Shown: piece after piece, positions 1-10,649 of the stretch
How the letters are laid out: each line of letters begins with the position of its first letter
Position numbering within the stretch: the stretch's first letter is position 1
DNA from: Eledone cirrhosa
Taxonomy: Eukaryota
Direction of reading: 5' to 3'
NCBI GenBank assembly: GCA_964016885.1
Contig: OZ024741.1
Span: 22,878,001-22,942,000, forward strand
Length of the DNA: 64,000 nt
Notes under the pieces: generated by a model
What the model was told of the DNA's origin: nothing
The model's input: only the letters and a program-made list of their open reading frames with translations
Databases searched by the model: none
Position numbers and translations under genes: made by a program

Positions 1-254
1 TAAAATATAGAACAAAAGGAAGAAGATATGAAAATTCTAATAACTCAAGTGTTAGAGACTAAAAAAATAAATATTTACTCTATACCAATTTAATTCGTCC
101 ATAACGACCCACACTTCGTGGTTTATATTATGGGGATTTTAAAACTGTTCAAATCTTTGAGGCAGGTGTCATGTCCCAGTGTTTGATATTCTCTGAATCA
201 GAGAAGCATTTGTTGTGGCTATTTTAAACATTTGATGGGTGTTTTAAGTCATTT

Positions 255-661
255 TGTAGCGCTCTCTAGACAGGAAGTAGCTGGAATTACTTCCCGTTGA
301 GGTTGCAGAACCTTCTTAGGGATTTCCGTCCAGGGAACTATAAAAGGAGAGAGCTGAAAGCTATCACCCTCTCATTTCACCTTTCGGCTGCTGGCCTTCG
401 GCCAGGCGCGTTCCGCCGAAGGTATACTCTCTCGCTTCCTGACCAGTGAAAATGTAAACAACTAGCTTTCTTCGTGAAATCACTAGCCAACATGTAACAC
501 AACAACAATAACCACGGCCTGGCAACACTTCAGCCAGTGGACCGTGTCTTCTGAAATCCTTAATTCATTCTTTCATCTCTCTTGACATGTCAGCTATTAA
601 GCTCTACTCAGCTCAATCTTCGTAAATAAAAAATGTACATACAACCCAGTGTCCTGTTATA
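255..661 (+). repeat. 5' LTR
   Basis: Matches 2021-2427. Contains TATAAAAG (~339) and AATAAA (~625). Confidence 0.92.
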
Positions 662-663
662 AT

Positions 664-675
664 TGGTGACCCCGA
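664..675 (+). promoter_or_regulatory. Primer-binding site complementary to tRNA-Trp 3' end
   Basis: TGGTGACCCCGA lies 2 nt after the LTR and is the reverse complement of the eukaryotic tRNA-Trp end ...TCGGGGTCACCA. Confidence 0.85.
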
Positions 676-2020
676 GAAAAAAATAATAGGATCTGGTGTT
701 GTGTGAATATGGAAAAAAGAAAATTAATTAGCAGTATTTCAAAAAAAGAAAAAATTCCTCTAACAACATTCCACATGGATTTTTTTTCTCCGAAACTGTC
801 TACAACGAAAAATATAAGTAATCTTTTCCTCAGCAGCAAACAAACAAGAACAAATTTTGCTTTTCACCTCACGTGTTTACATCGTTTAAATGTGTTTCAC
901 TCACTGGATATATCCTTCGTCCGTCTCACAACGAACACTCAAAAAGACTTGGACTCCTGTATTCTTATATTCAACATGTCAATTTTGATGAACATCACAG
1001 CTCGCTTACTCATTCAACTAAGCCTTTTCATCACTTTCAAAAAAAAATTTGAACTCTCGCCATATACAAAGCGAATATAGCCTTTCCTTCTTTTTCATCA
1101 TGTTGTCCCGTTCACACACAAAATTTTCAAAATGGCTGCCGGCGACCTGTTCCTCTGTCATTTTCCCGCCATTTTCTCGCGCAATAGAAATATATTTTTT
1201 TTCAACTTGACTTTAACCTTGTTTCGGCACGTGTGGGAGCACACATCTCGACTCACTGAGATAACACACGCCATAGATAATGTTTCTTGCCAAGGATTCT
1301 CCAGCCTTAAGCTATATTCTCCTATTTGCCGGTTTAAAAATTTACCTCGTAAATTTGCCGTTGAAAACTGCGCATTTATTCGGAATGCTTATTTCTATGG
1401 TCGCTGGCCTCTTGACCCTTCCAGCTCAACGCGTTCTCAACATCGACCATCAACTTTGGCTGTTATTTCTAGCACTTTGCGCAACTCATTTTTTCTGGGA
1501 AACAACACAGCTTCATCTTTGCTTTATCAACAACCAAAACCAGCAGAACAAAACACAGAGAATTTATTTTTGCAGCAATCTTCCTGTGAGAAAATCCCAC
1601 CGCCTTCGGAGGTTGGGAATTTCACGTTGTACCACAGTCCAGAAACCACCTGCATACATTCTCTGGAACACACTCTTTTTCCTGGTGTCATGTGATTGCA
1701 CACCTGTGAACTTTATTTTTGAACATTTGAATTTTTTTTTCTTTTTAATAACTATGTTCGAACACGTTTCTTTGCTCCTTTGACCTCTTCTTTTAGGTTG
1801 ATTGCATTGTATCTTTGTGTGATAGATATATGTCCAGTCGTTCTCTGGCCAAGAGCGGTTGGCTACCTTGATATCTATCATTAATTTTTACATGCTCATT
1901 TTGCTATTTGCTTGCTCATGTTTTGTTCATTCATGTTCTTGTACCTTTTGCCTTGCTCCTCGTGTTCTCACTACAATGATTTCATTTGGTCATTCGACTT
2001 CTCGTCTGGGAGGGGAGTCC

Positions 2021-2427
2021 TGTAGCGCTCTCTAGACAGGAAGTAGCTGGAGTTACTTCCCGTTGAGGTTGCAGAACCTTCTTAGGGACTTCCGTCCAGG
2101 GAACTATAAAAGGAGAGAGCTGAAAGCTATCACCCTCTCATTTCACCTTTCGGCTGCTGGCCTTCGACCAGGCGCGTTCCGCCGAAGGTATACTCTCTCG
2201 CTTCCTGATCAGTGAACATGTAAACAACTAGCTTTCTTCGTGAAATCACTAGCCAACATGTAACACAACAACAATAACCACGGCCTGGCAACACTTCAGC
2301 CAGTGGACCGTGTCTTCTGAAATCCTTAATTCATTCTTTCATCTCTCTTGGCATGTCAGCTATTCAGCTCTACTTAGCTCAATCTTCGTAAATAAATATT
2401 GTACATACAACCCAGTGTCCTGTTATA
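2021..2427 (+). repeat. 3' LTR
   Basis: Matches 255-661; preceded by a polypurine tract at 2008-2017. Confidence 0.92.
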
Positions 2428-3127
2428 CTTTAACCATCATTTACCATGTAGTATTTGACACAAATGTAAAGTTACTGCACAAAATTAGATTTTAGTGTGT
2501 AGTATTAGTGAGGTTCCTATCAATAGTTAATTGTATTTGTTATATGTGTTTATATTTTCATTAAAGAAAAAACAAAAATCCATGTATTTGACACAAAATA
2601 GGATTCTCGGGTCTCGAATAATCGTCACCTCCATCGTTTGGAATAGAGAGTATTATTTGATACAAAATAAGATTTAGAACTACATAAACATGGGTGAACT
2701 GCTCGTTAAAATAATCAGATATAGAGTAAAAAATATATTGTCAACAAAATGAGTTCAGAAGAAACTTTTCAATGTCAATTCCTTGTTGGTGGTACAGAAG
2801 CGTCACGGAGCTCCTACAACTGAGGTCCTCCGTAAAATCGAAACGTCAGCAACCTGTCTGAGGAAGGAGCCCGTGAGGTGGGGTGGCTGTTGCAGCGGGT
2901 GTCGCTGGCCATTGGTCGCAGCTGAAACACCATCCCGACCTAGGCGTAGAGCCTGTCACCCTCATCCCTTTCTTCCGTGGCTTCATAGTCCTTGATCTTT
3001 CCCTCATTTTCTTCACATTTATGGCATTTATAGTCCTTTCCTATACAGCCAGATCTGCTCTTCTATACCCACTTCCCTTTTTTTTCATTACTTAATTTTG
3101 TTTTTATCATGTTTTTAACATTTCCAA

Positions 3128-3332
3128 CATTCTATAACTTCTGTCTGTAAAATATAGTAGACATAATATGTTTATATATAACAGATAACAAAATATTCCC
3201 ATTATTGTAAAACTTCTGTCTGTAAAATATAGTAGACATATGTTTATATATAACAGATAACAAAATATTTCCATCATTGTATAACTTCTGTTTGTAAAAA
3301 TATAGTTGACATAATATGTTTATGTATAACAG
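3128..3332. repeat. Short tandem repeat, ~75-bp unit, ~2.7 copies
   Basis: AACTTCTGT(C/T)TGTAAAATATAGT(A/T)GACATA...TGTTTAT(A/G)TATAACAGA recurs three times. Confidence 0.8.
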
Positions 3333-3350
3333 AGAGTCGAGTTACTGACT

Positions 3351-3494
3351 GCAAGGTTCTTATCTTCACTGGCGGCTCGCCTAACCGAGGTAACTGGTGG
3401 TGCTCATTAGTGCGATTGGCTGTTCCAGCGCCTCAGCCTCGCCATCACCCGAGGTAACGCTGCGAGCGTGCTAGCTTGCCTAAAAGATTATTAG
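3351..3494 (+). mobile_element. CRE-like (restriction-like endonuclease) non-LTR retrotransposon, 3' end remnant
   Basis: Manual translation ARFLSSLAARLTEVTGGAH*CDWLFQRLSLAITRGNAASVLACL contains the typical CRE C-terminal motif (L/F)QRLS.AI.RGNAAS. One in-frame stop. Confidence 0.75.
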
Positions 3495-3867
3495 AGAGGT
3501 TTTCCAATGCTCCTGGCGATATTATCTTTTGCTCTGGTAACGGCTAGGTTGTCCACCCCTTTCGCCACATGTGGTCCTAGATGTATGGATTACCTGCTTG
3601 TGTGTTTTTTCTTTATTTTTCCCTTATTTAAATATTTGTAATGTTATTTATATACAAAATAAAGACAAAACTTGTCACTTTATAATAACAAAATAAAATA
3701 CATTGTAATTTTTTTTTAAATGTCCCTGCATAAATACGGAATAAATTTATATTTATATATTCGTGGCTATGTTGACGTTTTGCAATGGATACTTTCTTTT
3801 TAGATTTGCCATTCCATACCAAGGTGTGCATATTTGTCCTGTTTTCTTTTTAAGTATTATATAAGTA

Positions 3868-4407
3868 CTCTCGGATCTCGAATAATCCCCCATCCCGTTG
3901 ATTAATTTTGCTAAACTATCTGTGGTGAAATTTTAATTTAAGTGGTAACATTCCCTCCACAATTAATTTTCTTTAGACATTAAAAAAAAAACCTTATACA
4001 TGACAAAAGTACATTACTAGAAATCCCATGTTATAAAATATGTAAACTAAACAACTAATTCTGTTGTTTTTTAATCAATGGAGACCTAGAAACATTACCG
4101 ACCCCCCCCCCCCTATTATTTGGGACCTAAGAATATTATTTGACACAAAATAAGATTTAGAACTACAAAAACATGGGTCAACTGATCGTTAAAATAATCA
4201 GATATAGAGCAAAAAAGAAACTGTCAACAAAATGACTTCAGAAAAAACTTTTCAATGTCCACTCAATGCCAATTCCTTGTTGGTGGTCCACTGACATCCT
4301 CGGACCTCCGTAAAATCGGAACGTCAGCTACCCGTCTTAGAAAGGAGCTCGATTTTCCACCCACCACATGCTTATTCCAACCACCCCTTTCATTTGGAAA
4401 CCGAGAG
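3868..4407. mobile_element. TA-flanked MITE (Tc1/mariner/pogo-like non-autonomous family)
   Basis: TA|CTCTCGG...CCGAGAG|TA termini. Homologous bodies at 13609-16215, ~25529-25720 and ~32443-32950. Confidence 0.6.
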
Positions 4408-5454
4408 TACATTATAGTCTTTTAGAACTAAATGTTTTTATAAGGTGACGGTGGGGATCAGGTTTTTGTTAGGGGTCAAAAAGTTAATGAATCACTGGAT
4501 TAATGAAATATTTACCTGGACGTGTGTTTGTGTTTTTAAATAACTGTTTTTGTTTAGTTTCTTTTCGCATAAAGCCAACAGCATAAACGATCTTGGGTAT
4601 CCTTTGTGTTATAAACTATACAGACGTCTAATTATAAAATTATTACAAAACAACAATATCTCAGGTATAAGTTCAAGGAGCTTTTATATCTGAAGTTTAT
4701 TTGTGACGTAGTTAGCAAAAGTACAAAACATATAGTGCTAAGATATTGGATAATATACGTTGTAAACATATCTCATCACACAGATTTCCATTACTATACC
4801 ACCTACACACAGGCACGTGGGTGAATGTTCTTCACCTTCTAGCATCGCTGGCTATGTATAGGTAGGGGGTGTGTGTAAGAGATAAACATGAAGTCAGCCT
4901 GTTTTTACTCCACAAGTAATATAATATCTAAAACATAGTTCCTAGTCTATATAATCTAACGCAAGAAAAAAAAATTCTGTTTTGCTTCCTTTGGTATTTC
5001 AACAAGGTAAAGTTGTTTTGTTTTTGTTGTAAAACTTGAATTCTATCCAGCACGGTATGCTAACTATTAAAACCAACTCTTTGACACTCCTCTGCAACCT
5101 CGTGTTTTACATTCTCTTATTTCTTCCTTGTGGCAAAAACAAACGGTAGTGTGTATCGATATACATGAATGAAGTTTCTTTTTATCCTCGTATGCATTGT
5201 TTTTTCTGTAATACCAGCAACGACAGTAGCAATTTATTTGTGCCCTCAGCTGGGCTTTTTAGTTTTGGGATGGTTATAATTTTTTAATTTAATACCTGTA
5301 TGTATAACTTTTCAATTCCAATTACTTGCACCAAGATAACTTTAATATGTAAAATTGGGGGTTTGTTGTGTATTCTAATTTTTTGTGTATGAGTAGTCCC
5401 CAAGGTCTAAATACAACCCTAATTTATAAATGAACGATATATATGAACTTTAGT

Positions 5455-5644
5455 CTGCCATACCGAGTTAAACCAATTATCAAGCAGACCCTGGATTGAG
5501 TAAATATCTTCTCAATTCTGGAGCCAGCCGGACTATCCAGAATTGATGGGAAGAAACCAGATGGTCTTCCACTTTGACTCTGGGTAAGAGGCAGATATCT
5601 CATCTGGAACATCATGGATGCTGTGGTAAATATGAGGAATTATC
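5455..5644 (+). mobile_element. CRE-like LINE endonuclease remnant, left part (interrupted by the Gypsy element)
   Basis: Translation ILEPAGLSRIDGKKPDGLPL*LWVRGRYLIW matches the CRE RLE motif LEP.GL.R.DGKRPDG.TL.PW..GR.L.WD. Continues after the Gypsy insertion. Confidence 0.75.
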
Positions 5645-5891
5645 TGTGGTTAGAAAAAGCTATCTCACTTACCGCTTTTCACAGGCGCCGCTAAATTCCA
5701 CTGCAGGTACTCCTCTTCCACGTGCGTCCGACTGCTTAACACCGGGAGCTGTCCAAAACGCGTCCTCACCGTATGCTGGTCACCACTCGAGAGAGGCCCT
5801 CTCCTGGCCCTTCCGGTCGAGCACTCAAAAACCCCTTCCGGTCGAGCACCCCCCCCCCCCCCCGTCCACCGCACGCCACACCATACCCACA
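5645..5891 (-). repeat. Gypsy 3' LTR
   Basis: TGTGGTTAG...CCCACA, matches 9523-9765; contains an internal direct repeat CCCTTCCGGTCGAGCAC x2. Confidence 0.95.
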
Positions 5892-5965
5892 CGCCCCCCT
5901 GATCTCAAGGATCAATTTCCCCCTCGTCCCTCTGCATATGAAAGTCTGCCGTCCAGGTCGGTGGT

Positions 5966-6772
5966 CTACGACTTCGTTGCGATCTTCGCAGTATTGGTTT
6001 CCACCTCATCTTGGGTTTCCTCTTCCTCGGAGTCCGTCGACACAGTGATTCTTCTTACATCCAGGACATGACGTGGTACCCCGTCCACGGACACATTGTT
6101 CTTTGAATTTACGGCCGTCACCGTTCCCCTTCCCCATTGAGATGTGCACCGTGCATCTGGGGGCTTAACCCAGACTTCTTCGCCTACCTGCACGAATGCA
6201 CTCTCTCTTCCCACTGGCCGTTGTGGTGGCGTGCACGGGTGCCGCCACTCGTATTTGAATACTGCTCTGTGTGGCACCGATTCCTCGACCTGTCCAACCC
6301 GAGGGGACATATTGTACCAGAACACTGCCTCCATTGGTGAGATATGGCCCCGCTCCGCCATTGCCTTGATCGTCCGGTGGTGTCGCTCCACGATTCCATT
6401 CCCGCTCGGCCTGTGCGCCGCTCTGAAGAAACGGTCCACCTTCCATCCATCGAGCATCTCCCTCAGTGCCTCCGAGCGGAACGCTGCGCTGTTGTCCATC
6501 AGCAGTTCATCCACAGGGCCCCGCTCCAAGAACACCTCTCTCAACGTCCGCACGATTTCCTCGGCCGTTCCAGTCTTCATCTCCCTCCATATCGCCATTC
6601 GACCTGGTCCACAGTCGACCATCGAGAGGTACGTTCCCTGCCGGTAGAACGTCACATCCACCGCTAATCGCTTCCAGTCGCGATCCACCGGGAGGCTTCC
6701 CGTTTCGTGTACACCCAGGGCGGGATCAATGGACTGACATCGGACGCAGCCTCTAACCACCCCCCCGAACAC
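5966..6772 (-). CDS. Gypsy integrase (DDE core), part of a frameshifted pol
   Basis: CVRC end of the HHCC finger, LAVDVT, LLMDNSAAF, PSGNGIVERHHRTIK motifs. Confidence 0.9.
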   Translation of the reverse strand: MFGGVVRGCVRCQSIDPALGVHETGSLPVDRDWKRLAVDVTFYRQGTYLSMVDCGPGRMAIWREMKTGTAEEIVRTLREVFLERGPVDELLMDNSAAFRSEALREMLDGWKVDRFFRAAHRPSGNGIVERHHRTIKAMAERGHISPMEAVFWYNMSPRVGQVEESVPHRAVFKYEWRHPCTPPQRPVGRESAFVQVGEEVWVKPPDARCTSQWGRGTVTAVNSKNNVSVDGVPRHVLDVRRITVSTDSEEEETQDEVETNTAKIATKS

Positions 6773-7409
6773 TGTGTCTGCTAACGTCCGAGTCGATTCT
6801 CCTGGCTAGGAACAGGCTCCTATCCACCCCCATGTGGTGCATGTCATGCAACCCCTTCAGGTCTAACTCGGTCAGCCGACACACGGCAGCTATCTCATCC
6901 TCTACCTCCTCCGGCGCTTCCATCCAGGCTTTCTTCACTCTAGTTAAGATGTCCGCCCTATTTTTCTCTGAAGGCACGAACACTACGCTCAGCTTCAGGT
7001 CGAACTCGGTGGCTAGCTCTCCTAACGTTCCCAGGCGGCGCTTTATCAGCATCTCCGCTGCGCCTCTCGTTCGCACTCTCTTCTCACTGGTGAGCACTGA
7101 TCTTACCCATCCGAGTACGGTAGCCGAGTCGGTGCGTATCTCGATGGTGCGCATCCCCCACCGCAGGGCAAGGTTCACCCCTCTCAACACCGCGTCCAGC
7201 TCGGCCACATTGATGTGGCTGCAGTCGTCCTTCTTTCTAAGCCAGGCTGCATCCTCGACCTCAACACCTCCTATCTCCAACGTGACACCCAGCGCTATGC
7301 TGCTGGCATCGCACCATACGGTTCCGCTCCGTGATTTGGGAACATACCAGCGTCCCCGCACTGGGTCGTCGGCCTTCACCCTCCCCAAGATCTCCTGCAT
7401 CATGGCCAC
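6753..7409 (-). CDS. Gypsy RNase H plus start of integrase HHCC, part of a frameshifted pol
   Basis: VWCDASS, HINVAELDAV, IRTDSATV, NRADILTR; LHDMHHMG. Confidence 0.88.
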   Translation of the reverse strand: MAMMQEILGRVKADDPVRGRWYVPKSRSGTVWCDASSIALGVTLEIGGVEVEDAAWLRKKDDCSHINVAELDAVLRGVNLALRWGMRTIEIRTDSATVLGWVRSVLTSEKRVRTRGAAEMLIKRRLGTLGELATEFDLKLSVVFVPSEKNRADILTRVKKAWMEAPEEVEDEIAAVCRLTELDLKGLHDMHHMGVDRSLFLARRIDSDVSRHSVRGGG

Positions 7410-7418
7410 CGTTCTCTC

Positions 7419-8660
7419 TCACACTCTGTCACTCCAAGTCACCCCTCCCGCTCGTCTCTTGACATAGCTGCATGCCGTCCGGAGCCACCCAGCGATCGGG
7501 TAGTGACCCACCAGCTTTCCACACACCGAGAAAAGCTCCCGCCTATTCATACTTGGGCCCAGTTCCGGAACTTCGTTTCCCCTCTGGAACACCAAAACGC
7601 CCGTCTTATCTCGTCGTAGCCTAAGTCCCAGCGCGGCTCCTCCCTCCAATGCTTCTGATGGCTTCGCAGTCAGTCCATACCTCCGTAAATGGCTCGTGAC
7701 CTCCGCCGACGACACCACCGACTCGTCCACTAGGATGTCGTCAATGTAGGAGTTAGTAGCCCTCTTTATCTTGTCGGCCCTCCCCAGAGCGGTCTTGAGG
7801 ACCGCCGCCATGATCTTCGGTGCGGGGCTCAGCCCGAAACCGAGCCTGGTCAGGCAATATGTCCGGCCCTTATACCTGACCAGCTGATACTGCCAGAGCT
7901 TCTCATCTATATGCAACTGCAAGTAAGCCGACTTTAGATCCACGATCGCTGAACCCCCCGTCATGCGTCTCCACTCACGCAGGGTTTCCCCACAGACATC
8001 CGTGACCTCGCCACCCGTGTGGCATGACACGTGCTCGTTCAGCTCTCGATAGTCCAGCACCGGCCTCACCTTGCTCTTCGTGGGTTGCACCACCGCCATC
8101 AACGGCAATACTCCGCACTTCACCTCCTCCTTCCAGGGAAGCAGTATGCCCTCTTCGATCCATCTCTCTACTTCTCGCTCGAACTCGCCCCTAGCGTTTC
8201 CCTTCAATGTGTGTTGATAGCAGCCCACTTTGGTCTTCAGTGTTGGTGGTTCTCCCTTCCAGTACCAGTCAACAACCCATCGCTGCCCATCAAACACGGC
8301 CTTGAAGTCCTTGTCCTGTACAGTGTAAGCGGGGTATTGCTCCTCGTGGGCCTTCTGGTTCTCATGACGTGCACTCACAGCGCATACCGATGCAGCGGCG
8401 CCAAACGACACACCGACATTGTTCACCGTGACGCCCCCTAGACGGCCAATCGCGTCCATGCCCATAACCACGCCGATCCCATCCACCACACTGGCGGAAA
8501 GCCTTATCGGCCTTCCCCATACCGCTATTTCCATCTCGCTGCGACCTCGGCATTCAATTTTCCTGCCGTCGACTGCCCTTACGCTGCTCTTCCCTCCCCA
8601 CCACCCCCGCGGTCACCAGTGTCGTCATACAGCCCGTATCCACGAGGGCTCGCTGTGGCT
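7419..8660 (-). CDS. Gypsy protease and reverse transcriptase, frameshifted
   Basis: ALVDTGC protease motif at ~8625-8650; KVRPVLDYRELN, DLKSAYLQ, RLGFGL, YIDDILV in ORF 7419-8534. Confidence 0.9.
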
Positions 8661-8696
8661 TCCCCCTCACGAAGACTTCCACCACGGGCAGCGCCG

Positions 8697-9458
8697 CTAC
8701 TCGTAAGGGGCAACTACCGGCGCAGTAGTTCCCCTTGGACCGTTTCCCTGGTCGCAGTTAGTAGCGATGTGGCCTGGTCGCTTACACCGGTAGCAAATTA
8801 TATCCGGCTTCGACTCTCTACAGTCTCTAGCCATATGCGGGCCGTGACACCTAAAACAGCGGCCCCTAAATTCTCGCGAACGGCCGCGTGCCGAGGTTGC
8901 CTCCCTTTGACCATTTCGCTGCCAGGTGTCCTGAGCCTTCGTAGTCGCTATCGCCGCGACACTCTTTTTGGCATCTTCCGCTATGATCCGGGCTTGTTCC
9001 ACCAGTGAACGCATTTCCATCTCCTTGTACCCCGAGACTTGCTGCAGTTTCACCGCTATGTCGTCCGGAAATCCATTGATGAATGCCAACCGCACCGTGT
9101 GTTCGCATTCCGCCTGGTAACCCGCCAACATAGCCAACCGCCTTATTTCCGCTGCGAAAATGTCGATGCGCTCACCATTCCACCTGATTCTCGCCAGCTT
9201 AGCAAAAGCCGCCAACGGTCCCTCGGCGAATGCATCCATCAGACGCCTCTCAATCTTCTGCACATCTCTTTGGCTGTGCTCGTCCAACTCAAGGAAGAGT
9301 ACCAACGCGTCGCCCTCAAGGTACAATGCAATGAGACCGGCCACGTCTTCTATCTTCTACAAGCCCGCGACCAGCCGAACCTTCCGCAGCCAAGCGACAA
9401 CATCACCTTCCCTGGTGAATGGCCTGATAGCTTCGTTCATCCGTAGTCTTGTCGCCAT
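8697..9458 (-). pseudogene. Gypsy gag with two CCHC zinc knuckles and one premature stop
   Basis: ATG at 9458 gives MATRLRMNEAIRPFTREGDVVAWLRKVRLVAGL*KIEDVAGL (TAG at 9357-9359); knuckles CFRCHGPHMARDC and CYRCKRPGHIATNC. Confidence 0.88.
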
Positions 9459-9522
9459 CTTCTGATTTGTTTTGTGGCAAGCGTTTTTTTTTTTTTTTTT
9501 TTTTTCAGTCGCCGAAATAGCT

Positions 9523-9765
9523 TGTGGTTAGAAAAAGCTATCTCACTTACCGCTTTTCACAGGCGCCGCTAAATTCCACTGCAGGTACTCCTCTTCCACG
9601 TGCGTCCGACTGCTTAACACCGGGAGCTGTCCAAAACGCGTCCTCACCGTATGCTGGTCACCACTCGAGAGAGGACCTCTCCTGGCCCTTCCGGTCGAGC
9701 ACTCAAAAACCCCTTCCGGTCGAGCACTCCCCCCCCCGCCCCCCGCACGCCACACCATACCCACA
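9523..9765 (-). repeat. Gypsy 5' LTR
   Basis: Matches 5645-5891 apart from the C-tract region and a few substitutions. Confidence 0.95.
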
Positions 9766-9870
9766 TTATCGTCAAACTATTTTTTCCAGCCTGTGGTATT
9801 TCAGACGTTTGGTGGAGCTGAGCTGCTGTCAACAAAGTTTTGGGGCACTACAATGCTATTAGCTATCAGT
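9766..9870 (+). mobile_element. CRE-like LINE remnant, right part
   Basis: Joining across the TSD gives KYEELSSNYFFQPVVFQTFGG, similar to the CRE motif KY..L...Y.F.PVA.ETLG. Confidence 0.65.
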
Positions 9871-10649
9871 CGTGAAAGCAGGCGAAGGTGACGTCATTCG
9901 TCATCGTTTATTTCCGTATTACTACCACGCGTAAATGGAGTTTTCACGCGTTTTTTTTTTTTTTTAAAGCATATCGATGTAAGTGGAGTTTTTGTCATTA
10001 TTGGGGGCTTGTTTTATTGAGGTATCAGGTAACCCTCACAAAGGTGTGAGTGTGTGTGCTTATTAGAGAGAGGCTCCTGCACTGCTTGTGTGTGGGTTAT
10101 ATAAAAGTGCCAGTAGGGGCCAAAGATAAAGTCTAGGGGGCCCAGCCAAGAATTAATATGGCTTTGTGTCTATATGTAAAGTAGCCAACAATCTTCGGAC
10201 ATAAAATAAATGAAAAGAATGGTATCTGACAGATCTTTAGAGGCATAAAGAATGGTTTGTATGTCTTTTTACTTCATTAGTTGGTTGGTAGAATGAATCA
10301 CAAGATGAATGAGTGAATGGCTTGTTGGTCGAGTAATGGCAAGTGTGTCTCAGTGGGTTGAGAGACGTTTTGCTATATTTGGGGTAAAAACCCTTGCTAG
10401 CAGGGAAAGGGGATGTTAAAACGACAATGATGTTGATGAAGTAGTTGTACTTGATGTGGTGTGAAGTGATATTACTGTGGGAGGAAAATGATTTAAGAAT
10501 TAACAAATGAACAAGACACTGCAAATGTTTTTATTTGTGACATAATTCATTTTGAAATCATGTACAGCAATAAACAACAGAAAAAGATGCAGTGTTATGT
10601 GTGCAAATACATAGTATTTTACTAACCTAGTAACAAACACATCCAGTAA

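Larger units (their letters stand above)
255..2427 (+). mobile_element. Non-autonomous LTR retrotransposon (two 407-bp LTRs, ~1.36-kb internal region with no recognisable gag/pol)
   Basis: Direct repeats 255-661 and 2021-2427 (TGTAGCG...TGTTATA), about 10 substitutions by eye. PBS at 664-675; purine tract GGGAGGGGAG just before the 3' LTR. Flanks ATTT/CTTT give only an imperfect TSD. Confidence 0.9.
5645..9765 (-). mobile_element. Compact Ty3/Gypsy-type LTR retrotransposon, full length but disrupted
   Basis: LTRs 5645-5891 and 9523-9765 (TG...CA, nearly identical); perfect 5-bp TSD TTATC at 5640-5644 and 9766-9770; domain order gag-PR-RT-RNaseH-IN on the minus strand; PPT AGGGGGGCG next to the 3' LTR. 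Confidence 0.96.

Noticed and set aside
703-1881. ORFs inside the first LTR element as gag or env
   Set aside because: Overlapping short ORFs in low-complexity pyrimidine-rich DNA, with no CCHC, protease, RT or integrase motif.
6137-9465. Plus-strand ORFs overlapping the Gypsy element
   Set aside because: Antisense shadows of GC-rich pol and gag coding sequence.
9511-9522. A tRNA-Phe gene
   Set aside because: Only 12 nt match and there is no cloverleaf; treated as a primer-site candidate instead.
9889-9896. TGACGTCA cAMP-response element
   Set aside because: A single 8-mer is expected by chance in 64 kb, and no associated promoter or gene is evident.
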